Source: Thermoplasmatota archaeon
GTDB lineage: Archaea > Thermoplasmatota > Penumbrarchaeia > Penumbrarchaeales > Penumbrarchaeaceae
Direction of reading: 5' to 3'
Assembly (NCBI GenBank): GCA_025457865.1
Contig: JALOTP010000001.1
Coordinates: 14,616 to 78,615 of the forward strand
DNA length: 64,000 nt
The notes beneath the pieces were generated by a model. The model was not told where the DNA came from. It saw only the letters and a list, made by a program, of their open reading frames with translations, and searched no databases. Both the position numbers and the translations under genes were made by a program. Shown here one piece after another: positions 18,605-27,804 of the stretch; the first letter of the stretch is position 1, and each line of letters starts with the position of its first letter.

Positions 18605-18973
18605 ATGAACACGATTTCGGCAAAACCGAGGAAACAGAGGAAGGCCCAGGCGAACATGCCCTTCCATAGACGGAACAAGAGCATGAAGGTCCCGCTCGAC
18701 AAGAAGAAGTACAGCGATGCTGGTGTCAGGAGGGTCACGGTCAGGAAGGGCGATACGGTCCGTGTGCTGCGAGGCTCCAGGACCGGGCATGAGGGCAAGG
18801 TCGCCAGCGTCAACCTGTCAAAGGGGAAGGTGACCATCGAAAAGGCCCTCCTTAGGAAGGCTGACAACAAGGAGGTCTCTGTTTGGTTCGACCCTTCCAA
18901 TCTAGTGATAACCACCCTCGACCTTTCCGATGCAGTTAGAAAGGAGAGGTTCAAGAACTACGTCAAGGAGTGA
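18605..18973 (+). CDS. rpl24: 50S ribosomal protein uL24
   Basis: 'KPRKQRKA', 'VRKGDTVRVLRG', 'DPSNLVIT'. Confidence 0.97.
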   Translation: MNTISAKPRKQRKAQANMPFHRRNKSMKVPLDKKKYSDAGVRRVTVRKGDTVRVLRGSRTGHEGKVASVNLSKGKVTIEKALLRKADNKEVSVWFDPSNLVITTLDLSDAVRKERFKNYVKE

Positions 18974-18986
18974 AGGAGGAGATCAT

Positions 18987-19706
18987 ATGGCAAAGAATTC
19001 CAAGCATATGAAGAGATACACGATGCCCAGGACATGGTCCATTCCGAAGAAGACCCATACCTGGGCGGTCAACCCGTCCCCTGGCCCCCACCAGAAGGAG
19101 GTGTCCATCCCGCTCATGATCGCCCTTCGCGATATCCTGAAAGTGGGAGAGACATCCTCCGAGGTGAGAAAGGTCCTTTCCAGGAGGGACGTCCTTGTGG
19201 ATATGAGATCACGGATGGACCACAGGTTCCCTGTTGGTCTGATGGATGTGATCACCATACCCAAGCTGAAGGCCAATTACAGGGTACTTTTGAACCCTAG
19301 GGGCAAAGTGGTCCTAAAGAGCATAGGCGAGCAGGAAAAGACATGGAAGCTCGCCAGGATAATGAACAAGTCCATCCAGAAGGGAGGTGTGGTCCAGCTC
19401 AACCTCCACGATGGGAGGAACATCCTCGTTGATAAGGACGAGTTCAAGGCCGGTGATGTCATCAAGATATCCCTGCCCGACCAGAAGGTCATCGCCCGTT
19501 ATCCGATGCAGGAGGAATCGCTTGCGATGTTGACCGGTGGAGCGCACGTTGGTTCCATCTGCAGGATAAAGAAGATCAACAGGACCAGGAACCCGATGTC
19601 CAATACCGTCGAGTTCCACGAGGGGTTCAGCACCCTGATAGATTATGTTTTCATGGTCGGGACAAAGACATCCGAGATAGAGGGTATGGGGGTGGTTGAA
19701 GGATGA
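18987..19706 (+). CDS. rps4e: 30S ribosomal protein eS4
   Basis: 'HMKRYTMPRTW', 'PSPGPH', 'FPVGLMDVI', 'LNLHDGRN'. Confidence 0.97.
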   Translation: MAKNSKHMKRYTMPRTWSIPKKTHTWAVNPSPGPHQKEVSIPLMIALRDILKVGETSSEVRKVLSRRDVLVDMRSRMDHRFPVGLMDVITIPKLKANYRVLLNPRGKVVLKSIGEQEKTWKLARIMNKSIQKGGVVQLNLHDGRNILVDKDEFKAGDVIKISLPDQKVIARYPMQEESLAMLTGGAHVGSICRIKKINRTRNPMSNTVEFHEGFSTLIDYVFMVGTKTSEIEGMGVVEG

Positions 19707-20233
19707 ACGACCACCCAGGTGATAATCCGATGAGGGCCTTAAGGGTCGAGAAGATAGTGATCAACATAGGGGTCGGCGAGGCCGGGGAGAAGCTGAACAG
19801 GGCACAGAAGGCCCTCGAGCTCCTGACTGGTAGGAAGACGACACAGACCCTCTCCCGCTCGACGAACAAGGACCTTGGGATACGGGATGGGATGCCCATA
19901 GGATGCAAGGTCACATTGAGAAAGCAGGAAGCCGTAGAGTTCCTAAAACGGGCACTGGCGGTAAGGGATAACAGGGTCATGGCGTATTCGTTCGATCCTG
20001 ACGGGAACTTCTCCTTTGGGATCTCCGATTATACCGATTTCGAGGGGTTGAGGTACAATCCCGAGATAGGTGTTTTCGGAATGGACGTCTGTGTCGTTCT
20101 TTCCAGACCAGGACATCGTGTAAGGGACCGGACCAAAGCCCCTGGGCATATAAGGGGCCCCCATAGGATCAAGAAGGAAGAGGCCGTGAAATGGATTGCG
20201 GAGACCTTTGAAGTGGAGGTGTTGGAACAATGA
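19703..20233 (+). CDS. rpl5: 50S ribosomal protein uL5
   Basis: '[21 protein letters not shown]', 'GCKVTLR', '[11 protein letters not shown]'. Confidence 0.98.
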   Translation: MNDHPGDNPMRALRVEKIVINIGVGEAGEKLNRAQKALELLTGRKTTQTLSRSTNKDLGIRDGMPIGCKVTLRKQEAVEFLKRALAVRDNRVMAYSFDPDGNFSFGISDYTDFEGLRYNPEIGVFGMDVCVVLSRPGHRVRDRTKAPGHIRGPHRIKKEEAVKWIAETFEVEVLEQ

Positions 20234-20385
20234 CCGAGAACAATCCGAAGAAGACCTTCGGGCGGAAGATTGGCTGCCACAGATGCGGAAGGAAGCGGGG
20301 GATCATCCGGAGGAACGGGATGCATATGTGCAGGCAGTGCTTCAGGGAGATAGCCCCCCAGATAGGCTATAAGAAATATTCTTAA
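20230..20385 (+). CDS. rps14: 30S ribosomal protein uS14 (Zn-binding; below the ORF-track length cutoff)
   Basis: Hand translation [51 protein letters not shown]; lies between rpl5 and rps8. Confidence 0.97.
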   Translation: MTENNPKKTFGRKIGCHRCGRKRGIIRRNGMHMCRQCFREIAPQIGYKKYS

Positions 20386-20400
20386 AAAGGAGGCAAAGAT

Positions 20401-20790
20401 ATGATGAACGATCCACTATCGGACGCCCTTTCGGTCATGAAGAACGCAGAGAGGGCTGGGAAGAACGAATGCGTCGTCAAACCCGCCTCCAAGCTCATAG
20501 GACGCGTGTTGAAGGTAATCCAGGAGAACGGGTACATCAAGGAGTTCGAGTACAGCGAGGATGGCAGGGCAGGCTCGTTCAGGGTCCACCTGAACGGCAA
20601 CATCAATGACTGCAACGTCATCAAACCCAGGTTCTCGGTCAGGAGGGAGGAGATGGAGCGGTACGAATCTAGGTTCCTCCCCGCCCAGGACTTCGGGGTG
20701 CTCATACTCACGACGACCCGGGGCGTGATATCGAACGACAAAGCGAAAGACCTCCGCACTGGCGGTAGGCTTCTGGCATATGTATACTGA
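20401..20790 (+). CDS. rps8: 30S ribosomal protein uS8
   Basis: 'DPLSDAL', '[13 protein letters not shown]', 'TTTRGV...GGRLLAYVY'. Confidence 0.98.
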   Translation: MMNDPLSDALSVMKNAERAGKNECVVKPASKLIGRVLKVIQENGYIKEFEYSEDGRAGSFRVHLNGNINDCNVIKPRFSVRREEMERYESRFLPAQDFGVLILTTTRGVISNDKAKDLRTGGRLLAYVY

Positions 20791-20802
20791 GGTGATGAAG
20801 GG

Positions 20803-21345
20803 ATGGCAGAGACAGAGAGGATGGAAGTGAATGTTTCCATCCCGGCAGGGACGAACGTGACCGTCCATGGGTCCCGCCTTACCATCAAGGGTAAGAAGGG
20901 GGAGCTCCAGAGGACATTCGAACATCCAAGGATCGATGTCAAGATCAAGGACGGTTCGATACACATCGTCACAGGGTCCAAGAAGAAAGCGGATAAGGCA
21001 CTGATCGGGACATGGAGCTCGCATATGAGGAACATGATCAATGGCGTCAACAATGGCTATCAGTACAAGATGAGGATCATCTTCTCCCACTTCCCCATCA
21101 AGACCTCCGTCAAAGGGAGCGAGCTGTTGATAGAGAACTTCATAGGAGAGAGGTTCGCCAGGAAGGCGAACATCCTAGAGGGCGTCACGGTCAAGATCTC
21201 CGGGGAGTCGATCACCCTCGAGGGCATCAGCAAGGAAATGGTCGGACAGACAGCCGCGAACATCGAGAAGGCCACACAGATCCGTGATTATGACCCAAGG
21301 GTGTTCCAGGACGGTATCTACCTTGTGAGCAGGGGTGATGAATGA
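20803..21345 (+). CDS. rpl6: 50S ribosomal protein uL6
   Basis: 'HFPI', 'ENFIGER', 'GQTAANIE', 'DPRVFQDGIY'. Confidence 0.98.
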   Translation: MAETERMEVNVSIPAGTNVTVHGSRLTIKGKKGELQRTFEHPRIDVKIKDGSIHIVTGSKKKADKALIGTWSSHMRNMINGVNNGYQYKMRIIFSHFPIKTSVKGSELLIENFIGERFARKANILEGVTVKISGESITLEGISKEMVGQTAANIEKATQIRDYDPRVFQDGIYLVSRGDE

Positions 21346-21857
21346 TGGCACAAAAGAGGACCGCCAAGAAGGCCGATGAGGCACCTGCACCGGAGAAGGA
21401 GGTCGTGACCAAGGAGGCCCCCAAGGAGGCCCCAGTGGAGGTTGCAAGGAAGGCCAAGATCAAACCGCAGCTTTCCAAGGAGACCAGAGAGCTCCTCGAG
21501 AAGAGGAGGATGAGGTACGAGAAACAACCGGCCTTCAGAAGGGGTGAATGGTTCAGGTATCTCAAGCTCGGGACCATGTGGAGGAGACCAAGGGCCACCA
21601 CCAACAAGATGAGGCTCAATAGGAAGTACAGGCCTCCAAAGGTAAGGATAGGTTACGGCAAACCGTCCGCAGTTAGGGGATTGCACCCATCTGGGTTCCG
21701 TGAGGTGCTAGTACATCATATAGACCAGCTCGAATCCATAGACCCCAAGGTCGAGGCCGCCAGGATCGGTTCGACGGTGGGTACAAGGAAGAGACGGATG
21801 ATCGTCCAGGCAGCCGATTCCAAAGGGATAAGGGTGCTTAATAGGGGGCTTATGTGA
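21342..21857 (+). CDS. rpl32e: 50S ribosomal protein eL32 with N-terminal extension
   Basis: 'PAFRRGEWFRY', 'WRRPR', 'GYGKP...RGLHPSG', 'IRVLN'. Confidence 0.96.
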   Translation: MMAQKRTAKKADEAPAPEKEVVTKEAPKEAPVEVARKAKIKPQLSKETRELLEKRRMRYEKQPAFRRGEWFRYLKLGTMWRRPRATTNKMRLNRKYRPPKVRIGYGKPSAVRGLHPSGFREVLVHHIDQLESIDPKVEAARIGSTVGTRKRRMIVQAADSKGIRVLNRGLM

Positions 21858-22327
21858 TGGACCTTACGAACCAGAGAAGAATGGCAGCCGATCTGTTGAA
21901 ATGCGGCCTCCACAGGGTGTACATGAACCCTAACAGCCTTGAGGATATCTCAGAGGCAGTAACAAGGGGAGATGTCAAGAAGCTTATCAAGGATGGTGTG
22001 ATCAAAGCCCGTCAGAAGGCCGGTATCTCGAACGGGAGGCTCAAATATGCCTCTGAACAGAGGGCGGCAGGCAAGAGAAAGGGACACGGCTCAAGGAAGG
22101 GTGCCAAGTTTGCCAGGTACCCCAGGAAGAGGAGGTGGATAAACACCATCCGCCCTATAAGGAGGACACTTATGGAGTACAGGTCCAAGGGAATGATAAC
22201 CCCCGAGACATTCAGGACCTATTATCTCCAGGCCTCGTCTGGGTCTTTCAGGTCCGTGAACCACCTGAAGAACCAGATATTGACGGCCAAGGCGTTCGTG
22301 AAATTGCCAGAGGAAGGGGGAAAGTGA
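21857..22327 (+). CDS. rpl19e: 50S ribosomal protein eL19
   Basis: 'QRRMAADLLKCG', 'RKGHGSRKG', 'WINTIRPIRR'. Confidence 0.97.
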   Translation: MDLTNQRRMAADLLKCGLHRVYMNPNSLEDISEAVTRGDVKKLIKDGVIKARQKAGISNGRLKYASEQRAAGKRKGHGSRKGAKFARYPRKRRWINTIRPIRRTLMEYRSKGMITPETFRTYYLQASSGSFRSVNHLKNQILTAKAFVKLPEEGGK

Positions 22328-22328
22328 C

Positions 22329-22838
22329 ATGGCACAGGGACCCAGATATCACATGCAGTTCCGCAGAAGGCGGGAAGGAAAGACCGATTACAGACAGCGG
22401 CTCACGCTCCTCAGGAGCGGTAAGATCAGAGCTGTCGTCAGGAAGAGCCTGTCGGGGACTATGGTGCAGTTCGTAGAGTACACCGAGACCGGTGACCGTA
22501 TTCTGACCCAGGCCTCCTACAATGACCTGAAGAAGCTCGGGTGGGGCCATTCGCTGAAGGATACCACAGCCTCTTACCTCGTAGGCCTCCTTGCAGGCGT
22601 CAGGGCAAAGAAGCTGGACCTTGAAGAGGCCGTTCTGGACATAGGGCTTCAGGAGCCGAAAAAGGGTACTAGGGTCTTCGCAGCCCTGAAAGGCCTTCTG
22701 GATGCGGGATTGGATGTCCCCCACGGTGATGAGGTACTGCCGTCGGACGAGCGGATCGAGGGTGGGCACAAAGAGGCGAAAGGGTTCAAGGAATCGTTCG
22801 ATAGATTGAAGTCGACCATCATGGAGATGCAAGCATGA
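22329..22838 (+). CDS. rpl18: 50S ribosomal protein uL18
   Basis: 'FRRRREGKTDYRQRL', 'AVLDIGL', 'GLDVPH'. Confidence 0.97.
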   Translation: MAQGPRYHMQFRRRREGKTDYRQRLTLLRSGKIRAVVRKSLSGTMVQFVEYTETGDRILTQASYNDLKKLGWGHSLKDTTASYLVGLLAGVRAKKLDLEEAVLDIGLQEPKKGTRVFAALKGLLDAGLDVPHGDEVLPSDERIEGGHKEAKGFKESFDRLKSTIMEMQA

Positions 22839-23716
22839 CCGAGGAAAAGAAGAAGCATCCAGAGACCAAGGATGAGGAAGAGGCCAAGGAGCAGCCTGTG
22901 GTGGTGGAGGTGGACATTCCGGAGGTCCAGGAAGAGGTCACGGCCTCTGTGGTCGAAGAGGAGACGGTCAGGGGCAAGAAGCCCGACGTCGTTAAGGGCC
23001 GGAGGCTGCCCAAAGAGAAGGAAGCCTTCGATGAGTCGATGTGGACCCCCAAGACGAACCTGGGACTCCTTGTCAAATCAGGGAAGATCGGTTCCCTCCA
23101 CGAGGTCCTCTCAACGGGTATTCCGATCAGGGAACCAGAGATCGTCGATAAGTTCCTCAGGGACACATTGACGGACGAGGTCCTCTACGTCAACATGGTC
23201 CAGAGGATGACGGACTCAGGTAGGAGGACCCGCTTCTCCATAACCGTCGTGGTGGGCAACAGCAACGGCTTTGTCGGCCTGGGAATGGCAAGGGGAAAGG
23301 AGGTCGGACCCACCATTAAAAAGGCCATAGACAATGCCAAGCTGAACATCATAGAGCTCATTAGGGGCTGTGGTTCATGGGAATGCGGGTGCATGAACCC
23401 GCACAGCATCCCGTTCAAGGTCACCGGGAAGTCCGGGTCAACAGAGATGACCATAAGACCGGCCCCAAGGGGTGTGGGTCTGGCCGTCAACGATGTGGCC
23501 AAGAAGATCCTAAAGCTTGCAGGGATCAACGATATCTGGGGATTCTCCCGGGGTCAGACCAAGACGACCGTCAACAATGCAATGGCCGTCATGGACGCTC
23601 TCCACAAGCTCTCCCTGATGAAGGTCCCGAAGGGCCGTTCGGAACAGTTGAAACATGTCCTTGGACCTCTGTCGGTCCAGGGTCCACCGGTGACGATAGG
23701 GGGGAATGAGAGGTGA
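22835..23716 (+). CDS. rps5: 30S ribosomal protein uS5
   Basis: 'WTPKTNLG', 'VQRMTDSGRR', 'RGCGSWEC', 'PAPRGVGL'. Confidence 0.98.
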   Translation: MTEEKKKHPETKDEEEAKEQPVVVEVDIPEVQEEVTASVVEEETVRGKKPDVVKGRRLPKEKEAFDESMWTPKTNLGLLVKSGKIGSLHEVLSTGIPIREPEIVDKFLRDTLTDEVLYVNMVQRMTDSGRRTRFSITVVVGNSNGFVGLGMARGKEVGPTIKKAIDNAKLNIIELIRGCGSWECGCMNPHSIPFKVTGKSGSTEMTIRPAPRGVGLAVNDVAKKILKLAGINDIWGFSRGQTKTTVNNAMAVMDALHKLSLMKVPKGRSEQLKHVLGPLSVQGPPVTIGGNER

Positions 23717-24177
23717 CATACGCGGTCATAAGGGTCAGGGGAACGCTCAATGTCAAGCCAGGTATCAAGGATACGCTCAAGATGCTTAGGCTTACGAGAG
23801 TGAACCACTGTGTCATAGTGCCTAGGACGGATGTGTTCGACGGCATGCTGAAGAAGGCAAAGGACTACATCACCTGGGGCGAGGTGGACCCCGAAACGGT
23901 CGAGGCCCTCCTCAGGAACAGATGTTTTTTGGAGGGTGGCATCAAGCTAAGCGACGACCATGTGAAGAAGAACTCGTCGTACAAGGGGATCAAGGAGCTA
24001 GCGGTCGCCATTGCAGAGGGTAAGGTCGACCACAGGGAACTGGATTGGGCCCAACCCGTGTTCCGGCTCTCTTCCCCACTGAAGGGTTACAAGGGCATCA
24101 AGCGGCCGGTCACAACGGGAGGGTCGCTCGGTTACAGGGGCAAGGATATCAACGAGATCGTGAATAGGATGGTCTGA
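23713..24177 (+). CDS. rpl30: 50S ribosomal protein uL30
   Basis: 'YAVIRVRG', 'LKMLRL', 'DYITWGE', 'GYRGKDINE'; GTG start. Confidence 0.96.
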   Translation: MTYAVIRVRGTLNVKPGIKDTLKMLRLTRVNHCVIVPRTDVFDGMLKKAKDYITWGEVDPETVEALLRNRCFLEGGIKLSDDHVKKNSSYKGIKELAVAIAEGKVDHRELDWAQPVFRLSSPLKGYKGIKRPVTTGGSLGYRGKDINEIVNRMV

Positions 24178-24186
24178 GGTGTTCCA

Positions 24187-24627
24187 ATGACTGACAAGAG
24201 GAATTCGAAGTTCAGGGGGAAGAAGACCCACGGTCACGGGACCAAGGCCAGAAGGGGAGCGGGCAAGAGGGGCGGCAGGGGTATGGCAGGGGGCCACAAG
24301 CACCGACTTTTCCATATTCTCAAGTACTATGGAAAGGAATACTTCGGCAGGCACGGCTTCAAGAGGCCCCAATCGGTCGTCAAGGCGAACATAACCCTGA
24401 ACCTCTCTGACATCCGGGAGAACCTTCCGGTGTTCATGGAAGAGGGTGCCGCCAAGCGAAAAGGGGACAGCTATGATCTGGACCTCGGCGCCCTGGGGGT
24501 GAACAAGCTCCTGGGCGGAGGGACCCTAGGTGACCTAAAAGTGCATGTGTTCGCCCAGGCTGCGTCCCAGAAGGCCATAGAGAAGGTCGAGGCGTCAGGC
24601 GGAAGTGTGACCATCAAGGAGAACTAG
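24187..24627 (+). CDS. rpl15: 50S ribosomal protein uL15
   Basis: 'RGKKTHGHG', 'RGGRGMAG', 'FGRHGF', 'KLLGGG', 'KVEASGG'. Confidence 0.97.
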   Translation: MTDKRNSKFRGKKTHGHGTKARRGAGKRGGRGMAGGHKHRLFHILKYYGKEYFGRHGFKRPQSVVKANITLNLSDIRENLPVFMEEGAAKRKGDSYDLDLGALGVNKLLGGGTLGDLKVHVFAQAASQKAIEKVEASGGSVTIKEN

Positions 24628-24721
24628 GGAAGGGGTCTTACCTGTCATCAAATCAATGTTTTAATAGAAGAACGGTAATCAAGGGGCGCCCCACCAGACC
24701 ATACTGCACGGTGTGAACGAC

Positions 24722-26488
24722 ATGGCCGTAGAGAGAGACTACAGAAAGGCGATATGGGTCGTTATAGCCTACGTCGTAACTATGGTTATCCTCTACTTCT
24801 GGCCTGAGCCGAGGGACCTGAGCGAGTTCAGGGAGCTCTCGCTCTTCATCATCATCGCTCTAGGGGTAGGCATATGTTTCTTCCTCATCGGTATGATGGT
24901 GACCTATAATGGAGAGGAGAGCAAGCTCTACGGGCTGAAGTCCATTGCCAACAAGTGGCCTGCCATCAAGAAGCCAGAGGGTCATGTGAGGTTCCGCACT
25001 AAGATGATATGGACCTTCGGCATCCTCATCGTCTATTACTTCCTAAGCAACGTTTCGCTCTACGGATTGACCGGTGAGAGCCTTGATATATTCTCGGAGT
25101 TCAGGGCGATCCTGGCGGGGGCGAGCGGTTCTCTCATGCACCTTGGTATCGGCCCCATAGTCACAGGGTCCATCATAATGCAGCTCTTCACCGGGGCGAA
25201 GATCATCCAGCTGGACCTCAAGAAGGCCGAGGACAAGGCCATCTACCAGGGTGTCCAGAAGGTCCTGGTCCTCATCATGATATTCGTCGAGGCCATCCCC
25301 CAGGTCTATGGCTATCTGAAACCTTCGACCGACGGTTGGATGGGCGATATAGGCCCCGGATGGGCCGGAATGGTCATCATATTACAGCTTGTCTTCGGGT
25401 CCTACCTTGTGTTCCTCATGGACGAGATAGTCTCGAAATGGGGCATTGGGAGCGGCATTTCGATGTTCATCGCAGCCGGCGTTTCACAGGGGATCTTCCA
25501 GGGAACACTATCATGGCTGCCACTGGGACAGAAAACGGCAGAAAGGTACGGGCTGGATAATGTCGTCGGGGAGAACCTTGCGGGCTCAGTGCCCACAGGC
25601 ACACTTCCCAAGTCATGGTTCATAGTCACTCACCTGGGCAGTGGGCTAAGGGACCTCACAGGGGGTGGGTTCGAGTCCATCTTTCTAAGTCCACCGAACC
25701 CGCTCGTGGCCCTTCTTTCGACCATAGTGATCTTCTTCGTGGTAGCCTATGCAGAATCGACCCAGATAGAACTTCCTCTCTCCCACGCCAAGGCAAGGGG
25801 TGCAAGGGGAAGGTATCCCATAAGGCTCATCTATGCCTCGAACATCCCGGTGATATTGATGTCGGCCCTGCTCGCCAACATCAATATGTTCTCACTGCTC
25901 CTCTGGAGCCACAAGAGGCTTAGCACCATACCGATACTGGGCCACAATTCAAGGCTCGGTTATTTCGACCCTGGCTCCACCTCTCCGACAAAGGGGTTGG
26001 CATGGTACGTTTCCAGGGTGGACGGGCTCCAGAGCTGGCTCCTGCCTCTCATAAATTTCGAGAGGTACAGGGGATATGTCGGCGACCATTCATGGTGGGA
26101 CATCCTCATCCATCTGGTGGTCTATGTAGGATTGATGGTTGTGGGATCGGTCCTATTCGCCAAGTTCTGGATAGAGACCACGAACATGGGTCCTCAGGCG
26201 GTGGCCGAACAGATCGAGAACTCCGGGATGAGGATACCCGGTTTCAGAAGGGACCCGCGCGTCCTTAAAAGGGTCCTTGAGAGGTACATACCGACGGTCA
26301 CTGTCATTTCTGGTGCTTTCGTCGGCCTTCTTGCAGCTTTAGCTGACATGATCGGCACTGTTGGAGATACATCGGGTACGGGCGTCCTGCTCACTGTGGG
26401 CATTATCATAAGGCTCTACGAGGAGATAGGCAAGGAGCAGATGATGGAGATGCACCCGGTCCTCAGGGGCTTCTTCGGCCGCGAATGA
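24722..26488 (+). CDS. secY: Protein translocase subunit SecY with two extra N-terminal TM helices
   Basis: 'KPEGHV', 'LGIGPIVTGSII', 'GIGSGISMFIAAG', 'YASNIPVI', 'IPGFRRDP', 'GTGVLLTVGI'; its own TATA-like TTTTAATA lies upstream at about 24659. Confidence 0.97.
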   Translation: MAVERDYRKAIWVVIAYVVTMVILYFWPEPRDLSEFRELSLFIIIALGVGICFFLIGMMVTYNGEESKLYGLKSIANKWPAIKKPEGHVRFRTKMIWTFGILIVYYFLSNVSLYGLTGESLDIFSEFRAILAGASGSLMHLGIGPIVTGSIIMQLFTGAKIIQLDLKKAEDKAIYQGVQKVLVLIMIFVEAIPQVYGYLKPSTDGWMGDIGPGWAGMVIILQLVFGSYLVFLMDEIVSKWGIGSGISMFIAAGVSQGIFQGTLSWLPLGQKTAERYGLDNVVGENLAGSVPTGTLPKSWFIVTHLGSGLRDLTGGGFESIFLSPPNPLVALLSTIVIFFVVAYAESTQIELPLSHAKARGARGRYPIRLIYASNIPVILMSALLANINMFSLLLWSHKRLSTIPILGHNSRLGYFDPGSTSPTKGLAWYVSRVDGLQSWLLPLINFERYRGYVGDHSWWDILIHLVVYVGLMVVGSVLFAKFWIETTNMGPQAVAEQIENSGMRIPGFRRDPRVLKRVLERYIPTVTVISGAFVGLLAALADMIGTVGDTSGTGVLLTVGIIIRLYEEIGKEQMMEMHPVLRGFFGRE

Positions 26489-26552
26489 ACCCGAAGAGTT
26501 CCGTTCCAGACCCATTCCATATCAGAACGGCTTAAATAACCTTCATCCTATC

Positions 26553-27698
26553 ATGTCCTCGGGAAAAAAGGGGGCTTTTCACCTGTCGGGAAGGACCGTT
26601 TTACCTTTCATTTGCACCATGATGATGGTCCTAACGGGCATATTACTCGTACCGGGCAAAGGAAGGGCCCCCTCCATAGACCCATACGAGATCCCACCGG
26701 GAAACCCCCTTTGGTTCCCGCTCGATGGTCTCGATGCCGAGGGAGAGGTGCTCCATTACACCATAACCTTCAAGAGGTCACAGAAGGATGGGGACCTCCA
26801 GAGGCCGATCGATTTCATCCTTCTAGAGCGCTCCATAGCGGACCAGAACCCCACCATAGAGATAGCTTTGCAGCTGGGTCTGGTCATGAAACCCAACATT
26901 TCCGAGAGGACAGTGGGCGAGTTCAAGAACGACAGGGACAGCCAGATAATGGCCCTCTTCTTCAACCATCTGCGTGAGGGCGATACCAGGGACTGGGACA
27001 ACGCATCTGTCAACATCCGGTTCGATTACTACATCACGGGGGAAAGGAAGGAAGAGAGCTCACCTCTCATTGTGATCGTTCTCGTTGTATTGGCCGTGAT
27101 GATACTAATATTGATGGTCATCCTACTTGTGAGGAGGCTCAAGCGAGGCAAGAAGGATTCGGTGACATTCTTCAGCCCGGAAACAGGTCCCTACTATGCA
27201 GTGAGGGCGCTCGTGGATTCTAGGGTATTCTACCTGGACCCGGACCAGTACTCCAACCTGTACTCGTCAGGCAGGTTGAACGAATTCGAGTTCTTGGGAA
27301 CATCTCCTAGGGTGGGTGGTATGATCATCCCTCCAGAAGGTCAGGAAGCGGTCCTGCTGGAACCCCAGGCCCTCCCGTCCATACCGCTGCAGGAGGCCTT
27401 CGTCACCGATGAACTGCTCATGTCAGATATGACGGCCCAGCCGGTTGCTGTCCCTATGGACTGGGGGGTAGCGGCCCAAGCAGGGTCTGGACCGACCGAT
27501 GCTGAGGGAGGTCAGGGAACGGGAGATACGAGGGATGGTTCAATGGCAGGGACCGTGGATCCGGCGGAGGGGCCTTCGGTCCCGGAAGCCCAGGGCGAAG
27601 GAAGGGCCGCCTTCGACCCCGAAGCCCCATCAGCAATTCCAGTGGATGGGGAAAGAACGGACCCACCATCGAACAGTGAACCATCTAAGACGTCCTGA
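26553..27698 (+). CDS. Hypothetical type I membrane protein with acidic/Pro-rich cytoplasmic tail
   Basis: Signal-like N-terminus, central TM 'PLIVIVLVVLAVMILILMVILLV-RRLKR', TATA CTTAAATA just upstream. Confidence 0.65.
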   Translation: MSSGKKGAFHLSGRTVLPFICTMMMVLTGILLVPGKGRAPSIDPYEIPPGNPLWFPLDGLDAEGEVLHYTITFKRSQKDGDLQRPIDFILLERSIADQNPTIEIALQLGLVMKPNISERTVGEFKNDRDSQIMALFFNHLREGDTRDWDNASVNIRFDYYITGERKEESSPLIVIVLVVLAVMILILMVILLVRRLKRGKKDSVTFFSPETGPYYAVRALVDSRVFYLDPDQYSNLYSSGRLNEFEFLGTSPRVGGMIIPPEGQEAVLLEPQALPSIPLQEAFVTDELLMSDMTAQPVAVPMDWGVAAQAGSGPTDAEGGQGTGDTRDGSMAGTVDPAEGPSVPEAQGEGRAAFDPEAPSAIPVDGERTDPPSNSEPSKTS

Positions 27699-27804
27699 TG
27701 TGGCCCCTACGGCCGATCCCTTCCGAGACATATGGTCCCGTACAATGGTCTCCCCCTCAACTGCGTTCAAAAGGTTTATTAGATGACCCTCCAGTCCAGT
27801 CCCC

